Below, piece after piece: positions 45,885-56,637 of a DNA stretch of 64,000 nucleotides (position 1 is its first letter; the number at the start of each line of letters is the position of its first letter). Source of the DNA: an uncultured Verrucomicrobiota bacterium (lineage in GTDB: Bacteria; Verrucomicrobiota; Kiritimatiellia; PWTM01); the NCBI GenBank assembly GCA_964423465.1, contig CAYRFK010000001.1, forward strand, positions 12,987 through 76,986, written 5' to 3'. The notes below the pieces were generated by a model. It had not been told where the DNA came from. It searched no databases and was given only the letters and a program-made list of their open reading frames with translations. A program made the translations under genes and the position numbers.

Positions 45885-46895
45885 ATGAACAACGACATTT
45901 ACATCCGGCGGGGCCCGAGGCCGCAGCCGCAGAATCGCGGGATCGGCCCCGGCATGATCCTGCTGCTGGTGGCTGCGGTCATCGCGCTGGGCGTGGTCAT
46001 GGGGTTGAAGTGGCTGCGCGAACGGAAAACCGCCGCGGAATCGGTGGCCCCCGCCTTGGCACCGGCTGATGCCGTCCCAGCTACGGCACCACAGCCCGCC
46101 CCCGCTCCTTCGGCTGCGCCTGCCCCCGCGGTCCATGCCGCCCCGGCCGTCCGCCTGCCGCCCGCCCCTGCGTCGTCCGCACCGGGTTCCGACCCCGCCA
46201 TGCCGGCCTTTATGGAGGCGCGTTCGTTGCAGGCCGCCGGACAGATCCCCGCCGCGCGCGAGAAGGCCCTGGGCGCCCTGGCGGCAGCCAAGGATCCCGC
46301 ATTGCAGCGGCAGATCGAGGACCTGCTCGGGCAGATCCATACCGCGCTCATCTTCACACCCTCCCCGATGGCGGAGAAGGTGGACTACACGATCCAGCCC
46401 GGCGACCGCCTGGCCGGCATCGCCAAGCAGCACGGCACGACGATCGAACTCGTGACGCGGGGCAACGGCATCAAGAGCGCCGTCATCCGGCCCGGCGACC
46501 GCCTGCGCATCCTGTCCGGAAAGTTTTCCATCCTGGTCGACAAGTCGGACAACGAGCTCGTCCTCTCGCTCAACGACCGGTTCTTCAAGCGATACCGCGT
46601 CGGCACCGGCAAGTTCGAGAAGACGCCGGCCGGACAGTTCAAGATCACGGACCGGATCGCCCAACCCACGTGGTGGCGGCCGGACGGGAAGGCGGTGCCG
46701 TTCGGCGACAAGGAAAACGTGCTCGGCACGCACTGGCTGTCCCTCGACGTCCCCGGCTACGGCCTCCACGGCACGTGGGAGCCGGACACGGTCGGGAAAC
46801 AGGAAAGCGCCGGCTGCATCCGGCTCGTCAACGCGGACATCGAGGAGCTGTTCACGCTGCTCCCGGTGGGCACGCCGGTCGTCATCCAGGAATAA
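45885..46895 (+). CDS. L,D-transpeptidase (YkuD) with LysM domain and N-terminal membrane anchor
   Basis: The TM segment is ILLLVAAVIALGVVMGL. The LysM segment is YTIQPGDRLAGIAKQHGTTIELVTRGN. The L,D-transpeptidase core has H (GTHWLSL...HGT) and C (SAGCIRL) residues. Confidence 0.75.
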   Translation: MNNDIYIRRGPRPQPQNRGIGPGMILLLVAAVIALGVVMGLKWLRERKTAAESVAPALAPADAVPATAPQPAPAPSAAPAPAVHAAPAVRLPPAPASSAPGSDPAMPAFMEARSLQAAGQIPAAREKALGALAAAKDPALQRQIEDLLGQIHTALIFTPSPMAEKVDYTIQPGDRLAGIAKQHGTTIELVTRGNGIKSAVIRPGDRLRILSGKFSILVDKSDNELVLSLNDRFFKRYRVGTGKFEKTPAGQFKITDRIAQPTWWRPDGKAVPFGDKENVLGTHWLSLDVPGYGLHGTWEPDTVGKQESAGCIRLVNADIEELFTLLPVGTPVVIQE

Positions 46896-46912
46896 CCGCA
46901 GGAGGTTTCCCC

Positions 46913-47875
46913 GTGCCCCCTTTCATGCTGTCGTTTGAGAAGCCGGTGGCCGAGCTTGAGGAGAAGATGCGCGAACTGCGCACGTTCAGTGAGAGCCACG
47001 ACATCGATGTCTCCTCGGAGATCCACAAGATCGAGGAGAAGATCCGCGCGACGCGCCGGAAGATCTACGATGAACTGACCCCCTGGCAGCAGGTCCAGAT
47101 CGCCCGCCATCCGCAGCGGCCGTACACGCGCGACTACATCGCCACGGCCATGAAGGACTTCGTCGAGCTTCACGGCGACCGCATTCATGCCGACGACCAG
47201 GCGATCGTCGGCGGCTTCGCGACGATCGGCCCGCACCGGATCATGGTGATCGGCACGCAGAAGGGCCGCGATACGAAGAGCAACCTGCAGTGCAACTTCG
47301 GCTGCGCGTATCCGGAGGGGTACCGCAAGGCGCTCCGCCTGATGAAGCTCGCCGCCAGGTTCGGCGTGCCCGTCGTGACCCTGATCGACACCCCCGGCGC
47401 GTACCCCGGCATCCAGTCCGAGGAACGCCACATCGCCGAGGCGATCGCGGTCAACCTTCGCGAGATGTTCACCTTCCCCGTCCCGATGGTCGTGTGCGTC
47501 ATCGGTGAGGGCGGCAGCGGCGGTGCACTGGGGATCGGCGTGGGCGACCGCGTGCTGATCTTCCAGCACTCGTACTACTCCGTGATCTCGCCCGAGGGCT
47601 GCGCGGCGATCCTGTGGAAGGACCGCGCCTTCGCCGACCGCGCCGCGGCGGCCTTGAAGCTCACGGCAAAGGATCTTCTCAAGATGGGCCTCGTTGACGA
47701 GATCATCCCCGAGCCCGACGGCGGCGCCCACGCCGATCCCGCGGCGGCCGCCACCGCCCTGTCGGAGGCCGTGGTGCGAACGATCGACGGCCTGAAGAAG
47801 ATTCCGGCCCCCGAGCTCCTGGACGCCCGCTACGCCAAGTTCCGCGCCATGGGCGTCTTCACCGAAGGCGCCTGA
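46913..47875 (+). CDS. accA: Acetyl-CoA carboxylase carboxyltransferase subunit alpha
   Basis: The product has strong end-to-end similarity to E. coli AccA (ARHPQRPYT, VIGEGGSGGALGIGVGD, YSVISPEGCAAILWKD). The likely GTG start at 46913 lies 7 nt after a GGAGG RBS. An in-frame ATG at 46925 is an alternative. Confidence 0.85.
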   Translation: MPPFMLSFEKPVAELEEKMRELRTFSESHDIDVSSEIHKIEEKIRATRRKIYDELTPWQQVQIARHPQRPYTRDYIATAMKDFVELHGDRIHADDQAIVGGFATIGPHRIMVIGTQKGRDTKSNLQCNFGCAYPEGYRKALRLMKLAARFGVPVVTLIDTPGAYPGIQSEERHIAEAIAVNLREMFTFPVPMVVCVIGEGGSGGALGIGVGDRVLIFQHSYYSVISPEGCAAILWKDRAFADRAAAALKLTAKDLLKMGLVDEIIPEPDGGAHADPAAAATALSEAVVRTIDGLKKIPAPELLDARYAKFRAMGVFTEGA

Positions 47876-47937
47876 CCGCCGCCCCGCCGGGTGGGACCGG
47901 CTCATCGTGGAATCCGCGGTGTCGCGGTTCAGCCCGA

Positions 47938-49287
47938 TTACGCAAGCCACCCGCACCAACCGGACACGAGGAAGGCGTAGAACGCGCCCAGCACCAGGAC
48001 CGGTACCGCCAATCGTCGACCGGCCGACGCATCGGCGCGCCGGGCTTCGCGGAGCGCCAGTCCTGCCGCAACCGCGATCAAGACCAGCGAGACCGCCGAG
48101 AGCGCCTGCGGCGACATCCACGCCGCGGGCTGCGGCAGTGTCTGCGCATGCATCGCCAGCGCCGTCTGCACGCCGCCCGGCTCGGCCCACGCGTACGGAA
48201 GGAACCCGGCCCACGCCTGGAACTTCTCCAGTCCCTTCGCCATGTGGCCGGCGGCAACAACCACCGCCATCGGGAGCGCGAGCCGTCGCCACGCATCCGC
48301 CAGGCTGCGCCCGGCTCCGGTCGCCCGGGCGACGCCGCCCAGTGCAAGCCACATCAGCAACGGCACGACGACGATCGTCCAGGCTCCGCGGATCCAGCCC
48401 GCGGCCGCACCGGCACCCACGGCATCGGCGACGCGCTGCGGAACCCACTGGAAGACCGCATCCGCCGCCTTCCACACGCCGCACAGCTCGTAGGTGACGA
48501 ACCCGGAGACCATCATGACGAAGAGGGTCAACGGCCACGACGCCGCGGGCTCGACCGCATCGCCCGCGGCGAACGGTGCTCGCAACCGCCACTGCATGGC
48601 ACCCGTGGCATCGACCTTGATACAATCGCCGCACATCAGGCAGTGGCAGTTGGTGTCGAGACGCGAAGGATTCAGCGTCGACCGACACGCATCCGGGCCC
48701 GGGGCCCGTTCACCCGCTCCGGGCGCCGGTCGCACCGCCAGCATCCCCCCGCGCCCGTAGGCGTTCAGTAGCAGCGCCACCGGGCAGAAACCGCGGCAGA
48801 AGGCGCGATCGCGGACGAGCAGTCCAACCGCGAAGGCGACACCGAGCGACAACCAAAGGAAGATCGATGTGAAGTGCGGGACGCGATGGATCTGCACGCC
48901 CGGCACGAGCATCTGGAGAAGCGCGAAGAGCAGGATCACAAGACTGCCCTTCGCCAGCCAGCCCGGCAGCCGCCGCCGCCGAATCCCCAGCGCGCCGCCG
49001 AGGGTCTCGGCCTGGCTGGAGACCCACTCCAGCGGACACACCACGCACCACGCGCGTCCGAACAACACCGTCACCCATACGATCGCCGGCCACCAGAGGC
49101 CCCAGATCGCCAGGTTCACCAGGTTCGTCTTGGCGTACAGTTTCGGCGGCACCCCCTCCGGCGTCAGCTTCCCCCACCCCAACACCGCCAGCGCCAGGAA
49201 GACCGCCAGCACTGGCACCTGGAGCACCGCCGGGAACCCTCGCCAGCGGACAAACGCTTTCCATGGCCCCCATTTCAGAAGATTCAT
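47938..49287 (-). CDS. Polytopic membrane 4Fe-4S ferredoxin-type protein (NapH/MauN/NosR-like)
   Basis: Multiple TM helices carry Cys clusters (CVVCPLEW, CRGFCPVA, CHCLMCGDC). The ATG start at 49287 has an ATGA overlap with the upstream gene. Confidence 0.6.
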   Translation of the reverse strand: MNLLKWGPWKAFVRWRGFPAVLQVPVLAVFLALAVLGWGKLTPEGVPPKLYAKTNLVNLAIWGLWWPAIVWVTVLFGRAWCVVCPLEWVSSQAETLGGALGIRRRRLPGWLAKGSLVILLFALLQMLVPGVQIHRVPHFTSIFLWLSLGVAFAVGLLVRDRAFCRGFCPVALLLNAYGRGGMLAVRPAPGAGERAPGPDACRSTLNPSRLDTNCHCLMCGDCIKVDATGAMQWRLRAPFAAGDAVEPAASWPLTLFVMMVSGFVTYELCGVWKAADAVFQWVPQRVADAVGAGAAAGWIRGAWTIVVVPLLMWLALGGVARATGAGRSLADAWRRLALPMAVVVAAGHMAKGLEKFQAWAGFLPYAWAEPGGVQTALAMHAQTLPQPAAWMSPQALSAVSLVLIAVAAGLALREARRADASAGRRLAVPVLVLGAFYAFLVSGWCGWLA

Positions 49288-49478
49288 CCCGCCTCCAGCA
49301 GGGACTGCGCCTGCACCTTCACGGGGAAGTTCGGCACATCGATGCGGTCCAGTTCGACGCCCTTGCCAAGCAGGAACACGCCGACCTCGTCCTTCTGTCC
49401 GAGCGCGTAGCACCCCAGGCGCAGCGCGTTGAACGACGTCTCGGGCTCGTCAGTCGAAGTGATGATGGCCAGTTTCAT
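49284..49478 (-). CDS. Small DsrE/DsrF-like family protein (64 aa, short form)
   Basis: The N-terminus MKLAIITSTDEPETSFNALRLGCYALGQKDEVGVFLLGKGV matches the DsrE-like N-terminus. The product is half the usual length. It is translationally coupled on both sides by ATGA overlaps. Confidence 0.4.
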   Translation of the reverse strand: MKLAIITSTDEPETSFNALRLGCYALGQKDEVGVFLLGKGVELDRIDVPNFPVKVQAQSLLEAG

Positions 49479-49933
49479 GACGTTCGTCCCTTCTTGATGA
49501 CCGCTCGTTGTCCGCCCACCGCAACCTTGAATCCGCGGGCCCGCCAGTCCTGGACGCCCTCGTCCATCCCTCGTCTCCGTCCGAGGTACGTACGCGTGAT
49601 CCGCTCGATCTCCACCAGCCGGCCCTCGGACAGCGCCCGCATGCCGCGGAAGAAGCGGCAGACCGCCGGATCGGCGATCCGGTACGTCACGTAGAGGCCG
49701 GATTTCCGACCCTCGACCAAGCTCGCGCCGCTCAGAACATGGAGATGCCGGGAGGTGTTGGCGACGGAGAGTCCCGCCTCGTTCGCCAGAGCCTCTACCG
49801 TCCGCGGCCCCTGGCAGAGCAGGTCCAGCAGTTCCAGCCGCCCCGGGTTCGAGACCGCTTTGCCGATCCGCGCAAACTGTCCGTAGATCGCACTCTTGAA
49901 CCTGCGATGCACATCCATGGCCGCCATCCCCAT
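49475..49933 (-). CDS. ArsR/SmtB-family transcriptional regulator
   Basis: The HTH is LELLDLLCQGPRTVEALANEAGLSVANTSRHLHVLSGASLVEGRKSGLYVTYRI. It is first in a three-gene overlapped operon. Confidence 0.75.
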   Translation of the reverse strand: MGMAAMDVHRRFKSAIYGQFARIGKAVSNPGRLELLDLLCQGPRTVEALANEAGLSVANTSRHLHVLSGASLVEGRKSGLYVTYRIADPAVCRFFRGMRALSEGRLVEIERITRTYLGRRRGMDEGVQDWRARGFKVAVGGQRAVIKKGRTS

Positions 49934-49955
49934 TATTCAATCTCTTTGTTGAATA
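49934..49955. promoter_or_regulatory. Inverted repeat TATTCAA-N8-TTGAATA adjacent to the arsR start
   Basis: The palindrome lies immediately 5' of the ArsR-family gene and is a candidate autoregulatory operator. Confidence 0.4.
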
Positions 49956-50029
49956 CTTGCACGCCCGCGGACACCGCGCAAGCCGGTGGAATCGAGCCGG
50001 CCGGGCCCCGAATCGATCCCCATTGCAAT

Positions 50030-50067
50030 GTTACATAAAATGTAACGATCGTTACATTCTATGTAAC
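50030..50067. promoter_or_regulatory. Two tandem 17-bp palindromes GTTACAT-N3-ATGTAAC separated by GATC
   Basis: The first is 50030..50046 (spacer AAA) and the second is 50051..50067 (spacer TCT). Centres are 21 bp apart, 50-90 bp upstream of the glycoside hydrolase ATG. The site lies in the arsR/GH divergent region. Confidence 0.55.
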
Positions 50068-50118
50068 GTTGTCGCGGAGGGGCGGCGACTGAAAACCGAC
50101 TCTGGTACACTCGCGTCC

Positions 50119-52935
50119 ATGAAGAGCGTTGTGGCGTGCATGGGGCTTGCCGCGGGAATCGCGGCGGGGGCGGAGATGCGGAGCCTTCCGGCGGCCGCCG
50201 ACGGGTGGTTCGGCGATCCGCTGGTCTGGCGGTTCCGTCCCGAGGGCATCGGATGCACGGCCACGAACGGACACGGCTTCGCGATCCACGAGGCGGCGCC
50301 GCTCTCGTCGAACGTCGAGGTCGAGGCGGTCTTCACCCCCGTCGCAGCGGAGGGTGGCGGATGGAACGTCGCCTCCGTGGCAATCGTCGAGAGCGCGGGC
50401 AACTTCTGGCACGTCGCGCTGGTGCAGTCGCCGCCGGAGGACGGCAGCCGTCCGCGGGTCGAACTGTGCGAGATGCGCGAGGGGAAATGGCTGGCGCAGG
50501 GCGGCCTGAAGATCGAGATCGACGAGGGATCGCCCCGTCCCTGGGCTTTCGGCACGCCGTACCGGATGAAGCTCGGCCTCGACGCGACCGGCATCACGGG
50601 CACGATCGCGGCACCGGACGGGACGGTGCTGCTGCGACGGCGGCACGCCTTCTCCGGACCGGCCGTGACTCGCGGACGACCCGCGCTGCGGACGGGCGGC
50701 ATCGGCGGAAGCTTCACCGCAGTCCGTGCGGCATGGGGACCCGCGGTCGCGGACCCGGCCAACGCCCCGCCGTCCTTCCCGCCGTATCTTTCCGACCGGT
50801 TCGTTCCGCAGGTCACGGACACGGCCACCGGCTACTTCCGCGTCGTGCAGAAGCCCGACGGACGCTGGTGGCCGATCGACCCGCTCGGTCGCGGCCTCGT
50901 GCTGCTCGGCGTCGACCACGTGACGTTCCACGGGCACTGGTGCGAGAAACTCGGCTACGCCCCCCACGGTCGGAAAAACGCGGTGAAGTACTCCGATCGC
51001 GAGGTGTGGCGCGAGGAGACGCTCGCGCGCCTCAAGGCGTGGGGATTCACGATGCTCGGCGCCGGGTGCGACCCCGGATTGAACCACCGCGGGCTCGTGC
51101 ATACCGTCTTCCTGAACATCGGCTCGCACCTCGCCACGCTCGGTGACGACTACGACATCACACCCAACGAGCACCGCCCCTGCTCCGCCTTTCCGAACGT
51201 CTTCCACCCCGATTTCGAGGCCTTCTGCCGGTACCGCGCACGCACCCTGTGCGCGCCGAACCGGACGGATCCCTGGCTCTTCGGCTACTTCATCGATAAC
51301 GAACTGGCATGGTGGGGCCGCGGCGCGCAGGACACCGGTCTCTTCGACGCGGTGATGAAGAAGGGCAGCTCGCACACGGCCAAGATCGCGCTGAAGGAAT
51401 TCGTCGCGGACCGGTGCGACCGGCAGATCGCGTCGTTCAACGCGTCCTTTGACACCCGTCTCGCCGCGTTCGACGAGATCCTCGCCCTGCCGGCCCTCCC
51501 CCACGCCACACCCGGGGCGCGCGAATTGAAGAAGGCCTTTCTCGCTCACGTTGCGGAGCGCTACTTCTCCGTCACCACGCGCGCGATCCGCGAGGCCGAT
51601 CCGAACCATCTCGTGCTCGGCGCCCGGTTCGCCGGCACGGGCGGCGCCGATCCGGCCGTCTGGGAGGTCTCCGGCAGGCACTGCGAGGTTGTCACCTTCA
51701 ACAGCTATCCGATGGCCGACCTCGACGAGGGACGCGTGTACACCAGCCTCGGGGCTTCCGGCGAGCCGGTGACGGACCATTTCGCGACCTACCACGGGTA
51801 TGTCCGCCGCCCGATGCTGATCACCGAATGGTCGTTCCCGGCGCTCGACGCCGGCCTGCCGAGCGTGCACGGCGCTGGGCAGCGTTTCCGCACGCAGCGG
51901 GAGCGGACGCAAGCGACGGAACTCTTCGCCCGCACAATGCTGAGCCTCCCGTTCCTTCTCGGCTACGACTACTTCATGTGGGTGGACGAACCGGCGCCGG
52001 GCATCTCCTCGGTCTTCCCCGAGGACTCGAACTACGGCCTCATCAATGAAGACGGCGTGCCCTACGAGTTGCTGACCTCGATGTTCGCGGCCCTCCATCG
52101 AGACGCGGGCACGTTGCGGTTCCAGTCCGCCCCGCCGCCGCGTGCGCGGCCGGCGCGAATGCCGCCCGACCCGCTGGCGATCGTGTTGCGGGCCGCTGCC
52201 CCGAACGCGGTCCCGGCCGCCTTCGTGCGCGACGGCGATGCGTTCCGCGCTTCGAACGGAAGGCTGGAACTGGCCGGGGCGATCGGCGGCGGCCCCATGG
52301 TGCGCGCCGTGACGCTGGACGGTGCAGGGGCATCCTTCGGGCGATGCAACGCGATGATCCACACGGTCGGCGACGCTGGACAGAGCCGGTGGACGGAGAC
52401 GCGGAATGTGAGATCCATCGAGTCGTCCTCCACGAACGGCGTCGTTGTGATCGACATGATCTCAGCGGCGGAAGGCGCCGGGGGACCGGCGTTCGAGTGC
52501 ACGCACCGGATCCATCTGCCGCCCGGCACACCATGGTTTGCGACCCGGTTCGTCCGGGTCCGCAACACGGGGACCGTGCCGCTGAAGATCCGGGGGCTCT
52601 ACTTCCGGTTCAACAGCGATTTTCGCGACTTGCCGGCAGACCGGCCGCCGAACCTGTGGGGCGCGCCGCCCGCGGGCTGCTGGATGGACGGAGCCGACGG
52701 CAGGTTCTTCGGCGCGGTCGGGGCGATCGCTTCGGACATCCGGATCGACTTCTGGGTCGACAAGACCGCAGGAACCACGCACCCGGACGCCCGTCGGGAG
52801 ATCGAGACGGTGACGGTCGCCCCTGGCGCCATCTATGAACCCCCGGAGCCTCTCTTCGTCCTCGGCATCGCCGGGCGGGGCGGAGCGGCCGGCTGGATGG
52901 AGCAGACCGGCGCGTTGGAATCGGTCCTGCGATAG
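50119..52935 (+). CDS. Secreted putative glycoside hydrolase (TIM-barrel core with N-terminal beta-sandwich domain; GH family uncertain)
   Basis: A signal peptide (MKSVVACMGLAAGIAAGA) is followed by 938 aa. The central region (GVDHVTFHGHWCEKLGY, WGFTMLGAG, LITEWSFPALD, WVDE) suggests a cellulase-like clan. This is only a family-level guess. Confidence 0.45.
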   Translation: MKSVVACMGLAAGIAAGAEMRSLPAAADGWFGDPLVWRFRPEGIGCTATNGHGFAIHEAAPLSSNVEVEAVFTPVAAEGGGWNVASVAIVESAGNFWHVALVQSPPEDGSRPRVELCEMREGKWLAQGGLKIEIDEGSPRPWAFGTPYRMKLGLDATGITGTIAAPDGTVLLRRRHAFSGPAVTRGRPALRTGGIGGSFTAVRAAWGPAVADPANAPPSFPPYLSDRFVPQVTDTATGYFRVVQKPDGRWWPIDPLGRGLVLLGVDHVTFHGHWCEKLGYAPHGRKNAVKYSDREVWREETLARLKAWGFTMLGAGCDPGLNHRGLVHTVFLNIGSHLATLGDDYDITPNEHRPCSAFPNVFHPDFEAFCRYRARTLCAPNRTDPWLFGYFIDNELAWWGRGAQDTGLFDAVMKKGSSHTAKIALKEFVADRCDRQIASFNASFDTRLAAFDEILALPALPHATPGARELKKAFLAHVAERYFSVTTRAIREADPNHLVLGARFAGTGGADPAVWEVSGRHCEVVTFNSYPMADLDEGRVYTSLGASGEPVTDHFATYHGYVRRPMLITEWSFPALDAGLPSVHGAGQRFRTQRERTQATELFARTMLSLPFLLGYDYFMWVDEPAPGISSVFPEDSNYGLINEDGVPYELLTSMFAALHRDAGTLRFQSAPPPRARPARMPPDPLAIVLRAAAPNAVPAAFVRDGDAFRASNGRLELAGAIGGGPMVRAVTLDGAGASFGRCNAMIHTVGDAGQSRWTETRNVRSIESSSTNGVVVIDMISAAEGAGGPAFECTHRIHLPPGTPWFATRFVRVRNTGTVPLKIRGLYFRFNSDFRDLPADRPPNLWGAPPAGCWMDGADGRFFGAVGAIASDIRIDFWVDKTAGTTHPDARREIETVTVAPGAIYEPPEPLFVLGIAGRGGAAGWMEQTGALESVLR

Positions 52936-52975
52936 CATGATTGCGCGACGCGGGCCGGGGCGGTAGGTTGGCGGC

Positions 52976-54382
52976 GTGTCGAAGCACTCTCCCCATCGGT
53001 CGGACGACGGCGGGTCACCCGTCGCGTGTCTCGTCAGCCTTGGCTGCGCGAAGAACACGGTTGATTCGGAGCGGATCCTGGCCTCGCTGGTGCAGGACGG
53101 CTTCCTGATTGCGGAGCGCCCCGAGGATTCGGACATCTGCATCGTCAACACGTGCGGGTTCATTCAGGACGCCCGCGAAGAGACGGCGACGGTCCTTCGC
53201 GACCTCGCGGCGCGGCGCCAACGCGGCCGGCCCGCCTGCATCGTCGCGGTCGGCTGCCTGGTGGAGCGGGCCGGCGGTTCCCCCGCCCTCCGCGAATTTC
53301 TGGATGCCGCCGACGCCACGGCCGGCTTCGCGGAGTTTCCGCGCCTGCCCCGGTTCTGCCGGGAAACGCTCGGCCTTGCGGAACCGGCGGGGGCGGGACC
53401 CACCGGAACCCTGGCCGACTTCCACCGGCTGCCGCGGCTTTTGAGCGGCGGCGGCCACTCGGCCTGTCTGAAGATCTCCGAGGGCTGCTCCAACGGGTGC
53501 CGGTTCTGCACGATCCCGGCGATCCGCGGCCGGCAGGTGAGCCGGCCGGTGGACGAGATCGTCGCCGAGGCCCGGTCACTGGTGGCATCGGGCGTCCGGG
53601 AGATCTGCATCATCGGGCAGGACACGACGAGCTACGGCCACGACTTGACCGGCCGTCGCGAGCTGGCGGGGCTTGTTCGCGCCCTGTCGACGGTGCCCGG
53701 CGACATCTGGTTCCGGCTGATGTATGCATTCCCGAAGTTCATCGGCGACGATCTGCTGGACGCCCTCATCGCCGACGCTCGCTGGTGTCCCTATCTCGAT
53801 CTTCCTCTGCAGCACATCTCCGATTCGATGCTGCGCACGATGGGGCGAGGGATGGGCCGCGACGACACGCTGCGCCTGCTCGACCGTCTGTCCGAGCGCG
53901 TGCCGGGCCTTTGCATGCGCACGGCGTACATCGTGGGGCATCCGGGCGAGACCGAGGCTGACTTCGAGGAGCTTCTGGCGTTTGTCCGGGAGGGGCGGTT
54001 CCTCCACGCCGGCGTGTTCGTTTACTCACCCGAGGATGGAACGGCGTCCGCGGCGCTTGAGGACCCCGTCCCCCATGACGTCGCCCTGCGGCGGCGCGAC
54101 GAACTCATGCGGGCGCAGCGTGGCGTCTCCCGCGCGGCAATGCGCGCATGGGTCGGTCGGGACCTCGAGATCCTGGTCGACGAACCCGTCGCACCCGGTT
54201 CCGCCGCCCCGCGCCACGCGCGCTGGACGGGTCGCCATCGCGGACAAGCCCCCGAGGTCGACGGGGTGACATTCCTTGCCCCCCGCAACGGCATCGCCCT
54301 GCACCCCGGCCGGGTTCTGCGGGCGCGCGTGATCCAGGGGCTCGACTACGACCTTCTGGCCGAGGTCTCGGGCGCGACCTGA
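52976..54382 (+). CDS. rimO: Ribosomal protein S12 methylthiotransferase RimO (MiaB-family radical SAM)
   Basis: The N-terminal MTTase Cys triad is VSLGCAKN...VNTCGF. The radical SAM motif is [15 protein letters not shown]-terminal TRAM-like region is present. The track start is a GTG. Confidence 0.8.
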   Translation: MSKHSPHRSDDGGSPVACLVSLGCAKNTVDSERILASLVQDGFLIAERPEDSDICIVNTCGFIQDAREETATVLRDLAARRQRGRPACIVAVGCLVERAGGSPALREFLDAADATAGFAEFPRLPRFCRETLGLAEPAGAGPTGTLADFHRLPRLLSGGGHSACLKISEGCSNGCRFCTIPAIRGRQVSRPVDEIVAEARSLVASGVREICIIGQDTTSYGHDLTGRRELAGLVRALSTVPGDIWFRLMYAFPKFIGDDLLDALIADARWCPYLDLPLQHISDSMLRTMGRGMGRDDTLRLLDRLSERVPGLCMRTAYIVGHPGETEADFEELLAFVREGRFLHAGVFVYSPEDGTASAALEDPVPHDVALRRRDELMRAQRGVSRAAMRAWVGRDLEILVDEPVAPGSAAPRHARWTGRHRGQAPEVDGVTFLAPRNGIALHPGRVLRARVIQGLDYDLLAEVSGAT

Positions 54383-54483
54383 GCACAGGAGAATCGGCGG
54401 CCCGATTGCCCTTGATTTCCGGCCGGCGGAAGCGCATAGTGCCGCGCTTCTTTTCCGAAGCCTGGAACACGCGGGGATTCCCA

Positions 54484-56571
54484 ATGCCAAGAACGGTTGA
54501 ACTGTCGAACGTGCGGAACATCGGCATCATGGCCCACATCGATGCCGGCAAGACGACGTGCAGCGAGCGCATCCTGTATTATGCGGGACGGACGCACAAG
54601 ATCGGCGAGGTGCACGACGGCAGCGCCATCATGGACTGGATGCCGCAGGAGCAGGAGCGCGGCATCACCATCACGTCCGCCGCCACCACGCTCGAGTGGA
54701 AAGGCCACCAGATCAGCCTGATCGACACCCCGGGGCACGTGGACTTCACCATGGAGGTCGAGCGCTCGCTCCGCGTTCTCGATGGCGTCGTCGCACTCTT
54801 CTGCGCGGTCGGTGGCGTACAGCCGCAATCGGAGAAGGTCTGGCGGCAGAGCGAGAAGTACAACGTCCCGAAGGTTGCGTTCATCAACAAGATGGACCGT
54901 GTCGGGGCTGATTTCTTCCGCGTGGTCGGCGAGATTCAGGACGAACTCGGCGCCAACGCCGTTCCGGTCGTCGTGCCGATCGGCAAGGAAGACTCGTTCG
55001 CCGGCATCATCGACCTGATCACGATGAAGGCGGTCTACTACTCGGAGACCAACCAGGGCCGCGACGTCACCGAGACGGACATTCCCGCCGACAAACAGGA
55101 GAAGGCCCGCACGTGGCGCGCGAACCTTGTGGAGAAGTGCGCCGAGCAGGACGACGAACTGCTGGCCAAGTTCCTGGACACCGGCGACCTTTCCACGGAT
55201 GAAATCCTGACGATCCTGCGACGTGCCACGATCGCCCGCCGCGTCGTGCCGGTCTACTGCGGTTCCGCATTCAAGAACAAGGGCGTCCAGCGCCTTCTCG
55301 ATGGCATCGTGCGCTGCCTCCCGGCACCGAACGAGATCCCGCCGATCATCTGCGCGAACGAACCCGACGAGAACCGCCGGAACCCGACGGACGCCGACCA
55401 CTTTTCCGGCCTCGCCTTCAAGATCATGGCCGACAAGCACATGGGCAAATTGACCTACATCCGGGTCTATTCGGGAAAGCTGAAGTCCGGCGAGACCGTG
55501 TTCAACAGCACGCGGAACAAGGAGCAGCGGGTCGGCCGGCTCTTCCGGATGCATGCGAACCGGCAGGAATCCATCGACGAGGCCTATTGCGGTGATATCG
55601 TGGCGGTCGTGGGCCTCAACGACACGAAGACCGGCGACACGCTGTGCAATGAGGACCACCCGATCCACCTGATGGCGATCGAGTTTCCTGCGCCGGTTAT
55701 CGCGATCAGCATCGTTCCCTCGAGCCAGGCGGACAACGAGCGCCTTGGCGAAGCGCTGCGCCGTCTGGCGGATGAGGATCCGACGTTCACCGTCGCCTTC
55801 GATTCCGAGACCCACGAGACCATCATCTCGGGTATGGGCGAGCTGCACTTGGAGATCATCGTTGACCGCCTCAAGCGCGAGTTCAACGTTGGGGCCAAGG
55901 TCGGTCCTCCCGAGGTGGCCTACCGCGAGACGGGCACCGAGCCTTCCGAGGGCGTGTACAAGCACATCAAGCAGAGCGGCGGCCGCGGCCAGTACGCGCA
56001 CGTCGTCATGCGTCTCGATCCCGCCGCCAAGGGCGAGGGTTTCGAGTTCGTCAACGAGGTCGTTGGCGGCCGCATCCCGGCGGAGTTCATTCCGGCGATC
56101 GAGAAGGGTGTGATTCGCGCCATGAGTGCGGGCCCCTACGCCGGGTATCCCGTCGTCGACATGCGCGTCACGCTGGTCGACGGGTCCTACCACGAGGTGG
56201 ATTCGAACGACTTTGCGTTCCAAGAGGCCGGTCGCGCCGGATTCGTCGAGCTCTTCCACAAGACCAGCCCGGAACTCCTGGAGCCGGTCATGTCGCTGGA
56301 GGTCGAGACGCCCGAGGACTTCATGGGCTCCGTCACGGGTTCGATCTGCTCGCGGCGCGGCCGCATCGAGTCCATGGATTCGCAGGGCACCATCAAGATC
56401 ATTCGGGGCATGGTTCCGCTGTCGGAGATGTTTGGGTACTCGAGCGCGTTGCGCACGGTGACCCAGGGCCGTGCGGCGTTCACCATGCACTTCGAGCACT
56501 ACGAAGCCGTGCCGTTCGCCATCGCCGAGCAGGTGATCAAGAAGTCGCGGGAGAAGAAGCGGATCCACTAG
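54484..56571 (+). CDS. fusA: Elongation factor G paralog (translational GTPase)
   Basis: The product contains [17 protein letters not shown] and NKMD motifs, with all EF-G domains, and is 695 aa. It is not in a str-operon context. Confidence 0.85.
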   Translation: MPRTVELSNVRNIGIMAHIDAGKTTCSERILYYAGRTHKIGEVHDGSAIMDWMPQEQERGITITSAATTLEWKGHQISLIDTPGHVDFTMEVERSLRVLDGVVALFCAVGGVQPQSEKVWRQSEKYNVPKVAFINKMDRVGADFFRVVGEIQDELGANAVPVVVPIGKEDSFAGIIDLITMKAVYYSETNQGRDVTETDIPADKQEKARTWRANLVEKCAEQDDELLAKFLDTGDLSTDEILTILRRATIARRVVPVYCGSAFKNKGVQRLLDGIVRCLPAPNEIPPIICANEPDENRRNPTDADHFSGLAFKIMADKHMGKLTYIRVYSGKLKSGETVFNSTRNKEQRVGRLFRMHANRQESIDEAYCGDIVAVVGLNDTKTGDTLCNEDHPIHLMAIEFPAPVIAISIVPSSQADNERLGEALRRLADEDPTFTVAFDSETHETIISGMGELHLEIIVDRLKREFNVGAKVGPPEVAYRETGTEPSEGVYKHIKQSGGRGQYAHVVMRLDPAAKGEGFEFVNEVVGGRIPAEFIPAIEKGVIRAMSAGPYAGYPVVDMRVTLVDGSYHEVDSNDFAFQEAGRAGFVELFHKTSPELLEPVMSLEVETPEDFMGSVTGSICSRRGRIESMDSQGTIKIIRGMVPLSEMFGYSSALRTVTQGRAAFTMHFEHYEAVPFAIAEQVIKKSREKKRIH

Positions 56572-56637
56572 CCGTCCCATCGTCCGCGAATTTGGGCTTG
56601 TGAACCGCCCGCTGCGGGGGTATCACGTCGCCGGGAC

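Noticed and set aside
49284-49940. 218-aa track ORF spanning the arsR region in another frame
   Set aside because: Only its last 64 aa (from MKLAIIT, ATG at 49478) form a plausible DsrE-like gene. The upstream part overlaps the ArsR gene out of frame.
50059-52362. 767-aa minus-strand ORF
   Set aside because: It is antisense to the secreted glycoside hydrolase gene.
54346-56580. 744-aa minus-strand ORF
   Set aside because: It is antisense to the EF-G paralog.
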